Of a stretch of DNA of 64,000 nucleotides, positions 30,398 through 40,373 are shown in pieces. The stretch comes from Candidatus Magasanikiibacteriota bacterium. GTDB taxonomy: Bacteria > Patescibacteriota > Patescibacteriia > Magasanikbacterales > UBA922. A program made the translations under genes and the position numbers. The stretch covers positions 110,555 through 174,554 of the forward strand of contig JBAYJP010000001.1 in NCBI GenBank assembly GCA_041665025.1, in the 5' to 3' direction. How positions within the stretch are numbered: position 1 is the stretch's first letter; each line of letters starts with the position of its first letter. The notes under the pieces are model-generated. The model was given only the letters and a program-made list of their open reading frames with translations. It searched no databases and was not told the DNA's origin.

Positions 30398-31651
30398 CTA
30401 ATTTCCAGTTTCTTTTAATACTTCCATCGCTTTCTCTAATCCCTTATCCACAAAATCCTCTACTTTTGTCCCGTCAGTACCTTGTTTTTGTACAAACATT
30501 TCTTCAATAACGACATCTGGATCTATTCCTTTGTTGTTAATTTGTCTACCAAGTGGAGTATACCATTCAGCTATAGTCAATTTTAAAGCAGACCCGTCGG
30601 GTAACACTTCAAAATCTTGTACTGAACCTTTTCCAAAACTCTTGTTGCCGACAAGTGTAGCCACCTTATGATCTTGCAGAGCGCCTGCAACTATTTCAGC
30701 ACCAGATGCGGTCCCTTCGTCAATAAGTACGACGGTGGGTATACCTGCTAAACGATGTTGTCCTTCTGAGGTATACGTGGTTTCTTTGCCATCATTAAAG
30801 CGTTCTGAAACTATAGTCCCGCTCGATATCCATTCACTCGCAACCCTCACGGACGTATCCAAATACCCACCTGGATTTGTCCTCATATCCAAAACAATAC
30901 CTTCTGGAGCCGCAAGTAATATTTCTTTGGTTGCTTTATCAAATTCAGTCCACGTCGTGTCATTAAAATACAAAAGCTGTAAATGTATAATACCATTGTC
31001 ATCTTTGTTCCATTTTACCGTTGGGACATTAATCGTATCACGAATAATTGGAATCTCTTTTGCAGTTTCAAATCCATTTTGAGTGATAGTAAGCGTGACT
31101 GTCGACCCTTTGGGACCGCGGATCTTTGTTATTGCTTCCATAATATCGAGACCATTGGTATCTTGTCCATCAATCGCAAGAATTTTATCCAATGGATGAA
31201 GTCCTGCCTTTTCTGCGGGAGAACCTGAAAGCGGGGCTATAATCACAAGCTGTTCGTCACGTTTGCCAATTTCAGCGCCAATACCTTCAAATTCACCGGC
31301 TAAGTCGCTCGTAAATTCTTTTGCTTTTTCTGGTGGAAAATAAATAGAATACGGATCATGGAGACCAGCCACGAGTCCTTGCAAAGATCCATAAAACAGG
31401 TCCACATCACTAACCGGCTGATAAACATATTTTTGTTTTATTTTATCCCATACATCCCAAAATTGATCAAAGCTAACTTCACTTGAACGTGTTGCACTAT
31501 ACAGATCAATGACTTTGGAGATGTCTACTGTCTTATCTTCGTTGGTAAGCGCATGATAGGTGCTATATGACATACCCGCAAAAACACCACCACCAAAAAT
31601 GATAGACAGACCAACAATGATTAATAAAATTTTATTTACCCGTGATTTCAT
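30398..31651 (-). CDS. ctpA: S41 C-terminal processing peptidase with PDZ domain
   Basis: DPYS, FEGIG, GSPAEKAGL, LDMRTNPGG, TASGAEI, FGKGSVQ. Confidence 0.93.
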   Translation of the reverse strand: MKSRVNKILLIIVGLSIIFGGGVFAGMSYSTYHALTNEDKTVDISKVIDLYSATRSSEVSFDQFWDVWDKIKQKYVYQPVSDVDLFYGSLQGLVAGLHDPYSIYFPPEKAKEFTSDLAGEFEGIGAEIGKRDEQLVIIAPLSGSPAEKAGLHPLDKILAIDGQDTNGLDIMEAITKIRGPKGSTVTLTITQNGFETAKEIPIIRDTINVPTVKWNKDDNGIIHLQLLYFNDTTWTEFDKATKEILLAAPEGIVLDMRTNPGGYLDTSVRVASEWISSGTIVSERFNDGKETTYTSEGQHRLAGIPTVVLIDEGTASGAEIVAGALQDHKVATLVGNKSFGKGSVQDFEVLPDGSALKLTIAEWYTPLGRQINNKGIDPDVVIEEMFVQKQGTDGTKVEDFVDKGLEKAMEVLKETGN

Positions 31652-31677
31652 ATTAAAATTTTTCCTCTTTAAATAAA

Positions 31678-32934
31678 TTATGCAACTCTCTTAATCTTTG
31701 CCCCTACTGCGGTGAGACGCGATTCTAAATCCTCGTATCCGCGTTCAATATGATGAATATCATTTACAATTGTGGTATTATCAGCGACAAGGCCAGCCAA
31801 TACAAGACTTGCACCAGCGCGTAAATCGGTAGCCAAAACCTCTGCCCCACTTAGCTTCACTCCTCCTTCTATAATGGCTTTATTCCCCTCAACTTTTATA
31901 TGAGCGCCAAGCCTATTGAGTTCAAGCACGTGGCCAAATCTATTTTCAAAAATATTCTCCTTAATCTCACTTATACCTTTAACAAGGCTAAGTAAAACCA
32001 TTGTCTGTGCTTGCAAGTCGGTTGGAAACCCCGGATAAGGCTCTGTGTCTATCGAAACACATTTTAGCTTACCAAGTTCTGCTGAAACTTTTATACTTTG
32101 CTGCGTTATATCAAATTTAACCCCCATTTGTTCTAATTTTGAAATAAAACCTCCCAAATGTCTTGAATTTGTCTTTTCTATCTCAATGCCGCAACCAGTA
32201 ATTAGTGAAGCAATAATAAAGGTGCCTGTTTCAATCCTGTCTGGAATAATTGTGTATTCGCCTGGCGTTAATTTTTCAACACCCTGGATAGATAATGTAT
32301 CTGTGCCAATCCCTTCAATTTTGGCGCCCATACTCACTAGAAAATTGCACAGATCTTCTACTTCTGGCTCTTTGGCTGCATTATGAATTATCGTGGTGCC
32401 GTGCGCTTTTACCGCAGCCATTACAATATTTTCTGTGCCTGTGACAGTTACCAAATCAAGATTCATTTCTTTTCCAACCAATTCATGCGCTTGCACATTG
32501 ACGAAACCGTGTTCTATATTTACGTGCGCGCCCAAAGCTTCAAAACCCTTGAGATGAACATCTACAGGTCGCGTACCGATGGCACACCCACCAGGCAAAG
32601 GCACCGAAGCCCGTTTTTTATGCGCCAGCAACGGCCCCATGACGACAAAAGAAGCCCTCATAGCCTTGACGAGCTCATAGGGTGCCTTGGTATCAGCTAT
32701 ACCCGAATTTATAATTTTGTATGAATGCTCCTCCACTCTTTCTGTCTTTAGACCAAACCCGTGCAAGAGGTTGATCATTGTTTCAACATCTTTTAAATCG
32801 GGGATATTATGCAAAATATATTCTCCCTCTTCAATCAATGTACATGCTAAAATAGGAAGGGCCGCATTTTTTGATCCATGTATACTCAAAATACCTTTCA
32901 ATGTAGTCCCTCCTTGGATAGAAAATCTGGCCAT
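31678..32934 (-). CDS. murA: UDP-N-acetylglucosamine 1-carboxyvinyltransferase
   Basis: GSKNAALP, MRAS, LPGGCAIGTRPVDVH, PDRIETGT, YPGFPTDLQ, DLRAGA. Confidence 0.98.
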   Translation of the reverse strand: MARFSIQGGTTLKGILSIHGSKNAALPILACTLIEEGEYILHNIPDLKDVETMINLLHGFGLKTERVEEHSYKIINSGIADTKAPYELVKAMRASFVVMGPLLAHKKRASVPLPGGCAIGTRPVDVHLKGFEALGAHVNIEHGFVNVQAHELVGKEMNLDLVTVTGTENIVMAAVKAHGTTIIHNAAKEPEVEDLCNFLVSMGAKIEGIGTDTLSIQGVEKLTPGEYTIIPDRIETGTFIIASLITGCGIEIEKTNSRHLGGFISKLEQMGVKFDITQQSIKVSAELGKLKCVSIDTEPYPGFPTDLQAQTMVLLSLVKGISEIKENIFENRFGHVLELNRLGAHIKVEGNKAIIEGGVKLSGAEVLATDLRAGASLVLAGLVADNTTIVNDIHHIERGYEDLESRLTAVGAKIKRVA

Positions 32935-32986
32935 ACTGCAGGTTGATTTTATCTAAATACAATGGTATGATTATACATAATTTCAT

Positions 32987-34357
32987 ATGGCAAAGCAAAT
33001 TAAAAAAGACTTCCAACCACATACACTGGTAACAGGAAAATACCTAGGCAAAAAAATGCGCCGATTTATTATGATTGTGCTCATCAGCGCTTTTTTTATT
33101 GCTTCCCCGCTGGTGATTTTTTATACTGCGGGTTATCGCTATGACTTAATCCAAAGAACCATTAAACAAACGGGGGTACTCAGTGTTGACATAAAACCAA
33201 TTGACGCGGAAATTTATTTAAATGAAGTAAAAATTGAAAAAAAAATACCTATACGCCTCACTAATCGAGCACCAGGAACATATCATATCAAAATCCAAAA
33301 AGAAGGATACAAACCATGGGAAAAAGACATTACCATACAAAGCAACCAAACGACATTTATAAAAGATGTAATCCTGTTAAAGAATGCTGCACCTCAACTA
33401 ATTCCCCACATTCCCGAGAATACCACACAAATATTTGGCTCTGAATTCCATGACAATTTTCTTATCCTGACACAAGATGAAAATACATACGAGATATACA
33501 TATATAATACGCGGACGCAGACAACAGAGTCTCTCATACGAGGCATGAGTGTATCACAACCTCAGATATCTGTCTCTCCTTTCCAAGAAGTTGCATACGC
33601 GCGTTTTGATGAGACAGATGATGGATCGTCAATACTTTATCTGATATCATTATCAAACCTAGAAAAACCAGTGGTCTTGCACTACAACAAGCCTATATAC
33701 ATACAATGGAGTAAAACTGCCAGTGACTCTCCTTTATTTATACAATCAGAAAACACCATTAGGAACATTTCCTTGTCTGGGGTACAAAATATAATTGCAA
33801 GAGCAGTAAGTAGCAGTATATGGTATGTTGATACCAATAACCACGTATGGACATACGACACACATACACTTAATAATCTCAGTACGCAAAAAGTATATTC
33901 TCTTACACAAGAGCCTAGATTAATTCTTGATATCAATGAATATAGAGTCATCACACAGAGCATGGATAATAAAACATTTGTGTATCAGCCGGACAAAGAC
34001 AGACTAACAGAAAAAAGATCTCTGCCAGGTACAAAGATATTTTATAAGAGAGACACAAAAGAGTGGTGGATTTGGTCTGATTGGGAATTAAGCAGTGTAT
34101 ATAATGATGGTGGTATAAACCTGCTTGAGCGCGGTGGAGAAAAAATAAAAAACGCCATGCTGCTTGATTTGAGTGGCGTTATGTTATTTGTCTATGACAA
34201 TAAATTTGCGAGTTTCAATCCGGGATACTATGTACGACACGAACTTCTTCAAACAGACAGTACCATACTGGATACCTTTGTAAACCTACGCCAGCGAAAG
34301 ATATTTTATATGATTAATGAAAATGGAAAAAATAATGTATATGCTCTTGCATACTAG
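32987..34357 (+). CDS. PEGA domain membrane-anchored protein
   Basis: TM helix, YTAGYR, PGTYHIKIQKEGYKPWEK, followed by a beta-rich region. Confidence 0.82.
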   Translation: MAKQIKKDFQPHTLVTGKYLGKKMRRFIMIVLISAFFIASPLVIFYTAGYRYDLIQRTIKQTGVLSVDIKPIDAEIYLNEVKIEKKIPIRLTNRAPGTYHIKIQKEGYKPWEKDITIQSNQTTFIKDVILLKNAAPQLIPHIPENTTQIFGSEFHDNFLILTQDENTYEIYIYNTRTQTTESLIRGMSVSQPQISVSPFQEVAYARFDETDDGSSILYLISLSNLEKPVVLHYNKPIYIQWSKTASDSPLFIQSENTIRNISLSGVQNIIARAVSSSIWYVDTNNHVWTYDTHTLNNLSTQKVYSLTQEPRLILDINEYRVITQSMDNKTFVYQPDKDRLTEKRSLPGTKIFYKRDTKEWWIWSDWELSSVYNDGGINLLERGGEKIKNAMLLDLSGVMLFVYDNKFASFNPGYYVRHELLQTDSTILDTFVNLRQRKIFYMINENGKNNVYALAY

Positions 34358-35439
34358 TGTTCCACAATAGCCTTGTCTCCTATAATCATTGAACGGCCCT
34401 CTTCGGAGGGCTTTTTGACAAGCCGAACATGTTTTCCAATCATACTGTTGTGTATATGCAAATCAGTATCAATAAAGCTATGATCAAAAATAATGCTTTT
34501 TTCAATTGTTGCATTTCGTACTTCTGCCCCAGAACCAATAGTTACATGCGGGCCAATACGGCAATGTTCTAACACACAGTTTTCTCCAATGATAACCGGG
34601 CCTAACATAACAACATCATGTGCTACGCGTGATCCCCTGCCTATATGCACATTACCAGAAATCTGGGCTCCCGATTCAACCGTACCATGATTAGGAAAAT
34701 CTTCTGCGGACATTTGATCTAGTAACATTCTGTTTGCATTGAGAAGATCCTCGGGCTTTCCTGTATCTTTCCACCACCCCGTAATTTCTTTCCACCCGAC
34801 ACGATGGTTATTCTTCAAAAGATAGGAATGAATGTCAGAAATTTCGTATTCTCCACGCGCACTTCGCTCAATATGGTCAAACGCCTCGAAAAAAACACGA
34901 GGGCCATACAGATACATGCCAGTGACCGCGAAATTGTTTGGTGGATCCTGAGGCTTTTCTATAACTTTGACGAGGTTGCCCTTGTCATCAAAAATAGGAA
35001 CACCGAATGCCTTTGCATTAGGGACTTGTGCGAAAGCAAGCATACAATCATATTTTTCTTTGCTAAATTTTTCAAATGTCTCTTTCAAACTGCCGAGCAA
35101 AATATTGTCCGACAAATAAAACATAAATGGATCATCTCCAATAAACTTCTGCGCTTCTTTTACCACATGAGCGATTCCCTGCGGTCCGCCTGTTTGTTCA
35201 AAAAATTTGATTTTTATTCCCCAATGTCCTCCATCGCCCACATATTTTGCGAGCTCGGTATCACCTGGGTTAGTATTGATAAAAATCTCTTCTACACCAG
35301 CTTCTACTGCTTTTTCTATAGCATGAAAAATCATCGGCTTATTTGCCAACGGAATGAGGTGTTTATTGATTGTTGTTGTGATCGGATGCAATCGCGTTGC
35401 GTGTCCACCACCGGTTAATATTGCTTTTCTTATTTTCAT
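34354..35439 (-). CDS. rfbA: Glucose-1-phosphate thymidylyltransferase (long form, with hexapeptide tail)
   Basis: GGGHATRLHPIT...KHLIPLANKP, EKP, SARGEYEI, WKDTG. Confidence 0.9.
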   Translation of the reverse strand: MKIRKAILTGGGHATRLHPITTTINKHLIPLANKPMIFHAIEKAVEAGVEEIFINTNPGDTELAKYVGDGGHWGIKIKFFEQTGGPQGIAHVVKEAQKFIGDDPFMFYLSDNILLGSLKETFEKFSKEKYDCMLAFAQVPNAKAFGVPIFDDKGNLVKVIEKPQDPPNNFAVTGMYLYGPRVFFEAFDHIERSARGEYEISDIHSYLLKNNHRVGWKEITGWWKDTGKPEDLLNANRMLLDQMSAEDFPNHGTVESGAQISGNVHIGRGSRVAHDVVMLGPVIIGENCVLEHCRIGPHVTIGSGAEVRNATIEKSIIFDHSFIDTDLHIHNSMIGKHVRLVKKPSEEGRSMIIGDKAIVEH

Positions 35440-35449
35440 ATAACTTAGT

Positions 35450-35902
35450 TCATCCCGAGAAGGTCCCAAGACCGACGAGGGATCTTTCATACACTAATCG
35501 TATTTTCATTTCAAAATAATGATCTAATTTTCGACATCTCAATAACAAGCTGATACAAATCATTCCATTCCGGATTTTCCTTTTTAATTAATGCCATTTT
35601 CTTCTCTCTTCTCCACGTTTTCATTTGACGTTCTCGTTTGAAGGCCTCGTCCATGGAATAATAATGTTCCCAATATACTAATCTGTTTGTCTTATATTTT
35701 TTACTAAAAGAATTTTGATATGTTCCTTTCTTATGCTGCTTAATTCTTGTAACCAGACAATCTGTGAATCCAACATATATAACCCCGCTGATACTTGCTG
35801 TAATATACACATAATAATATTTCCTACTTGATTGTTTCATACAATCCTCTATGATTATCCTTCGAAAGATTCCTCGTCGGAATCGAATCCTCCTCGGAAT
35901 GA
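35450..35902. mobile_element. GIY-YIG gene bracketed by ~38-bp inverted repeats
   Basis: Left tcatcccgagaagg..ccgacgagggatctttc; right (reverse complement) tcattccgaggagg..ccgacgaggaatctttc. Confidence 0.7.
35511..35840 (-). CDS. GIY-YIG nuclease family protein
   Basis: YYVYI...IYVGFT..L.TRIKQH, LVYWE, A..RE..MK.WRR.KK..LI...NP.W. Confidence 0.92.
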   Translation of the reverse strand: MKQSSRKYYYVYITASISGVIYVGFTDCLVTRIKQHKKGTYQNSFSKKYKTNRLVYWEHYYSMDEAFKRERQMKTWRREKKMALIKKENPEWNDLYQLVIEMSKIRSLF

Positions 35903-35909
35903 ATGGGCT

Positions 35910-37010
35910 CTACCACCAAATCAACCCCCTCACCACCACCCAATAATATACCTTCATCACCGGATTTCCAATGTACTTCAAAATCGGATTTTCCATTGTT
36001 CTTTCTTGAAAATAAATACCTGTGACTGCATAGGACATCAAAAATCGGTCACTCACCTTCCGCATAGATTGAATTTTTTTTCTTTTATTGATCCACAATT
36101 TCCAATGCTTTCCATGGGTCCAGTACTTATACACCTTCATGCGCTCTTTAGCCCAGCCGCCCTTCGCGGCAAACAACCACAAACCAAGCTCGAGAATAAC
36201 ACCCATAGGCAACAAAAGCAATAGTGTTGGCCATCTGAAAAACATCAGCATAGTACCATACCGATTTCGTTCCATCCAATAAAACTTGGTAATACTCCGG
36301 CTAAATTGGTATTTATGATAAAAAATAGAATCACTAACCAAAGCTATTTTATATCCAACTGCACGCAAACGAAATGACCATTCCAAATCTTCATGATACA
36401 AGAAAAAATCATTGTCCCACGCGCCATATTGTTTGATAAGATCAGCACGTGTCATAAGAGCAGCTCCGCTTGCATATGAAACTTCCTGCACCTTGTTATA
36501 CTTCATATCTCTAAATTTGGTACGATAATTATTACAGTAACCAAATCCTAGATAGTGGAATGAATTTCCATCACTATTAATAAGTTCCGTATCTGGATGC
36601 AAGAGCATAAGTGACTGAGCCAGACCAATAGTTTTATCTTGTTCCATAGCTTCAACAAGCGGTTCCAAAGCATTACTGGCCAAAAATCCATCATTATTAT
36701 GAAAAAATATATAATCAAACCCGTGTTCAATAGCCCATTGCGCACCAATATTATTACCACCAGCAAATCCAAGGTTTTCTTTTTGCGCCAATAATGTTGC
36801 GTGCGGAATTTCTTTGTCAGATAATGGCATGACATTTTCTTCGATAAAACGAACCGAGGGTCCATGTTCAGGATGTGGATTATCAACAATAATAAATTCA
36901 ATCTTATCTTTTGGATACGTTATCTTCTTTAATGCAGACACCACATCGTCTATGTATGGCTCACAATGGAATGAAAGATATACAATGGCGATTTTTGGAT
37001 AATTACTCAT
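35910..37010 (-). CDS. Glycosyltransferase family 2
   Basis: IIVDN, ENLGFAGGNN, SGAAL, FFLYHEDLEW. Confidence 0.92.
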   Translation of the reverse strand: MSNYPKIAIVYLSFHCEPYIDDVVSALKKITYPKDKIEFIIVDNPHPEHGPSVRFIEENVMPLSDKEIPHATLLAQKENLGFAGGNNIGAQWAIEHGFDYIFFHNNDGFLASNALEPLVEAMEQDKTIGLAQSLMLLHPDTELINSDGNSFHYLGFGYCNNYRTKFRDMKYNKVQEVSYASGAALMTRADLIKQYGAWDNDFFLYHEDLEWSFRLRAVGYKIALVSDSIFYHKYQFSRSITKFYWMERNRYGTMLMFFRWPTLLLLLPMGVILELGLWLFAAKGGWAKERMKVYKYWTHGKHWKLWINKRKKIQSMRKVSDRFLMSYAVTGIYFQERTMENPILKYIGNPVMKVYYWVVVRGLIWW

Positions 37011-37020
37011 ATCTAATCGA

Positions 37021-37854
37021 TTAACGTTTAACGATATAATACTTATGATTTGTACGCCATTTCCACATATACTTAAACCAACTCAGAAGATGAATGCGAG
37101 CAAGTTTGTTCTTTATCAACGCCTTAAAAATACCGGGAACTTTTGCTGAACCGCGTCCATGAAAATGCTTTATAACAATGCTATGTACATAGTATACAGG
37201 CCAGCCAGCTTCCCACATACGACGGCACAAGTCGCTGTCCTCTGCATACATCCAATATCTCTCATCAAATAAACCTACTTGTTTGAGAGTTGACCCGCGT
37301 GCAAACATAGCCGAGCCCATGATCCAATCTACCGGCGTAGTTGCATTATGGTCAAAATCTTTCATCAAAAAATGATCATTGATTTTTTTACCAAACCCCA
37401 TCTGACCTAATTTTGTCCTGCTAAATAATGGCTGCCAAAAAAGAGGAAAACGATAACACGAATACTGCAAGGAACCATCAGCATTAATAATTTTCGGCCC
37501 AATCATTCCTATTTTGGAATGGGACTCCATAAAATCAAACATCTTTTTCATGATGTGCTGGCCATCAACAAAGACCGTGTCTGGATTCAAAATAAAATGG
37601 TATGTTGCTTGAATTGAATTCAAACCAATGTTTTGTGCGTGTCCAAAACCTTTATTTTCATTCAGTGAAATGACATTAACGGCTGGAAATTTTTCTTTAA
37701 GCATCTCATCTACATTATCATCGGATTTATTATCTACGACAACAATGCTTAAATCCAATCCATCTCCCTCAACATCTTCATACAAAGAATTCAGACATTG
37801 TTTTATGTCTTGTCTCATCTTGTAATTTACAATGATAATGTTTATGTCTTTCAT
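37021..37854 (-). CDS. Glycosyltransferase family 2 (rhamnosyltransferase-like)
   Basis: VVDNKS, NKGFG, LNPD, FDERYWMYAEDSDLC. Confidence 0.92.
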   Translation of the reverse strand: MKDINIIIVNYKMRQDIKQCLNSLYEDVEGDGLDLSIVVVDNKSDDNVDEMLKEKFPAVNVISLNENKGFGHAQNIGLNSIQATYHFILNPDTVFVDGQHIMKKMFDFMESHSKIGMIGPKIINADGSLQYSCYRFPLFWQPLFSRTKLGQMGFGKKINDHFLMKDFDHNATTPVDWIMGSAMFARGSTLKQVGLFDERYWMYAEDSDLCRRMWEAGWPVYYVHSIVIKHFHGRGSAKVPGIFKALIKNKLARIHLLSWFKYMWKWRTNHKYYIVKR

Positions 37855-38222
37855 AACGAAAACTCTTGAGTTTTTTTCAATGCCGTAACAAGTAGTTCCT
37901 TTAGTTCCTTTAATGATAAACTGCTATAGTTATTCATACGGTCAACTAGCTCATCTAAATCTCTAATAAATTTCTGATATTTTTCTTGTTTGAGAGCCTC
38001 ATCAATCATGGGATATTGTCTATAATTTTTATCAGCGTCTAAAAATTTTTTTACCAAAACACCTCCATTGGTTTTTTCAATATCTCTTAGAGAAACCATC
38101 CAACCACTTTTCTCTCGTAACACCCCTACAACAAAATTAAATGCTGCGAGATCATTACGATAATCTTTGATAGCCCACGCTAAATCAAACCCTCTTTGCT
38201 CTTGTCTTCCATCGTCCACCAT
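37851..38222 (-). CDS. Hypothetical protein
   Basis: ORF filling the gap between two GT2 genes, with ATGA overlap. Confidence 0.6.
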   Translation of the reverse strand: MVDDGRQEQRGFDLAWAIKDYRNDLAAFNFVVGVLREKSGWMVSLRDIEKTNGGVLVKKFLDADKNYRQYPMIDEALKQEKYQKFIRDLDELVDRMNNYSSLSLKELKELLVTALKKTQEFSL

Positions 38223-38245
38223 ATGATTATATTTTAAATTATAGG

Positions 38246-39379
38246 TTATCTCCACCACTTCCTTATTTCCCTCCATCCGACTTTTCTCAAGCTTTTAATC
38301 TTTAATCTTTTAATCTTCAAATCTTTTCGGTTTTTCCATATCTCTGCCCAGCCTCTCAAAACCGCTCTATCAAACAACAAAAACCATACGAATTTCTTCA
38401 ATTCATACCATTTTATAAAGACCGCGTCAAGGAGCCAATTCTGCCAATATTCATTTTTATACAATGTCATGAGATGATTTTTGTAACTATGATACTTTAC
38501 CCACTCAGATTGTTTCTTCTTATTTTCTACGGCTGCACTGTCTCCCATCTCTTGTGGGCCAGCGGCAGAACGGTCATGATATGCGACCGTATCAAGTAAC
38601 ACGTACGATTTAAATCCTGCAGACTGTAATCGAAATGCTAAATCCACATCTTCTTTGTACGAATGATATGATTCATCTAAAAATGATCCGTCGCCAAACT
38701 TTACTGCTTCAATTGCAGCACGTCTATACAAGGGAAACGCCCCAGATACGCCAAACACTTCAAGCGCCGTTCCATCTCCGTTAAATCGTTCAGCACGATA
38801 CGACATCTTCATCTTTGGTTCAAGCACAGACCAATCTTTGCCTGTATATTTTTCTATTACCCGTCTGTTGCGGAATATTTTTAAACCCAAGGCATCAATA
38901 TTATTACTCAAGGAATCTTCAATTCTGCGTTCTGCGTTCTCAATTCTACATTTGCCAAAGTCCCATCTCATCAGCCGAGGGCTTACGACAGCAACGTCTT
39001 CATGAGTATCCATAAACTTCACCATTTTTTCCAAGCAATCGGGCATAAGATACATATCTTGGTTGAGCAACAAAACATATTCTCCTACTCCCTGATCCTT
39101 ATTCCCTGTTCCCCTAAATAACTGATTATGCCCCCCTGCAAATCCCTTATTCTCTTTATTTTCAATTAACTCCACTTCAACAGGAAAATTTTTCTTGTCC
39201 GCCGTAGCTTTAGCGAAGGTGGAAATCTCAGTCTTAATTTCTCGAAGTGTATCATCAGTTGATGCATTATCTAAGATTATCAGACGCCAATCTTTGAAAG
39301 TTTGTTTTCTTAGCGAATCAAAAAGATACGGGATATATTTTCCACCGTTCCAAGTTACTAAATGTACACTAAGTTTCAT
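38246..39379 (-). CDS. Glycosyltransferase family 2 carrying several repeat-derived in-frame inserts
   Basis: LDNAS, NKGFAGGHN, LLNQD, YKEDVDLA; inserts STFAKATADK, GTGNKDQGVG, CRIENAERRIE. Confidence 0.9.
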   Translation of the reverse strand: MKLSVHLVTWNGGKYIPYLFDSLRKQTFKDWRLIILDNASTDDTLREIKTEISTFAKATADKKNFPVEVELIENKENKGFAGGHNQLFRGTGNKDQGVGEYVLLLNQDMYLMPDCLEKMVKFMDTHEDVAVVSPRLMRWDFGKCRIENAERRIEDSLSNNIDALGLKIFRNRRVIEKYTGKDWSVLEPKMKMSYRAERFNGDGTALEVFGVSGAFPLYRRAAIEAVKFGDGSFLDESYHSYKEDVDLAFRLQSAGFKSYVLLDTVAYHDRSAAGPQEMGDSAAVENKKKQSEWVKYHSYKNHLMTLYKNEYWQNWLLDAVFIKWYELKKFVWFLLFDRAVLRGWAEIWKNRKDLKIKRLKIKSLRKVGWREIRKWWR

Positions 39380-39452
39380 AAGTTTTCTAAGTAACTAAGT
39401 TCACTAAGTAACAACTTAGAAAACTTAGCTAACTTAGCTACTTAGACAACTT
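39380..39452. repeat. 9-nt-periodic palindrome (ctaagt/acttag family)
   Basis: aagttttctaagtaactaagttcactaagt...acttagaaaacttagctaacttagct; related copy at 59538. Confidence 0.75.
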
Positions 39453-40289
39453 ATCGTTGACCCACGCCATAAAAATTCCAATCGGCCTAAGCAATGCAAT
39501 CCACATCCACTTCCACCACGGTTCCCACTTTTTAAAATATATCGACATTGACTTCGTAAACTGTTTTTGTTTCCACAATGTCGTTCTCTTCTTGAAACTC
39601 TGCCCCACATAGTCAACACAAGTGACAACAGGCGTATACATTACTTTCATACCTAACTTTTTTACCTCTCTACAAATATCCACATCTTCAAACCAAAAAA
39701 AATACCTAGGATCCCATGCCCATCCCAATTTTTCTACCACTTCCCGACGCATGAGCATAAAAGCTCCACGCACAGTATCAACTTCCTGTTCTTTTTCAGG
39801 ATCAAAATCTTTCATAAGATACGAATCTAATATCTTAGGGAAGATATGTGGCAATTTGAGAATAAGTGCAATTTGGTTTAAGACCGTTGGAAATCGACGC
39901 GGGCCAGCTTCAGGTTTAAAATTTCCTTGTGTATCAACTAGTTTACAACTTCCAATACCAACGTCTACATGTTCGTCCATCCACTTAACCATAATATCTA
40001 AACTCCCCTCTTGTACGCGCATATCGGGATTCAAAAAAAGGAGATAATGACCTTGTGCTATTTCAACGCCTGTATTATTTGCAGGCCCAAAACCTATGTT
40101 TGCGTTATTTTCAACAACCTTAACATTTGGAAATTCTTTTTTGATATAATCGACAGTGCCATCTTTTGAACCATTATCTGAAATAATTTCTTCACATATT
40201 ATTTCTTTACAACCCTTAAAAACCGAGTTTATTTGCTCGGTGATATTTTTTTTATTATTCCATGTAACAGTTATAATTGATAAGTTCAT
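39438..40289 (-). CDS. Glycosyltransferase family 2
   Basis: SDNGSKDGT, NIGFG.ANN, FLNPD, FWFEDVDIC. Confidence 0.92.
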   Translation of the reverse strand: MNLSIITVTWNNKKNITEQINSVFKGCKEIICEEIISDNGSKDGTVDYIKKEFPNVKVVENNANIGFGPANNTGVEIAQGHYLLFLNPDMRVQEGSLDIMVKWMDEHVDVGIGSCKLVDTQGNFKPEAGPRRFPTVLNQIALILKLPHIFPKILDSYLMKDFDPEKEQEVDTVRGAFMLMRREVVEKLGWAWDPRYFFWFEDVDICREVKKLGMKVMYTPVVTCVDYVGQSFKKRTTLWKQKQFTKSMSIYFKKWEPWWKWMWIALLRPIGIFMAWVNDKLSK

Positions 40290-40294
40290 AAAGG

Positions 40295-40372
40295 AACACA
40301 GATGTAACTGATTAAACAGATTTTCCCAGATTACAAATCTGTTTCCAACTGTCTAATCTATTGGATCTGTGT
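40295..40372. repeat. 9-nt-periodic palindrome (acacagat family)
   Basis: aacacagat...acagatt/aatctgt...atctgtgt; related copy at 49713. Confidence 0.7.
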
Positions 40373-40373
40373 A

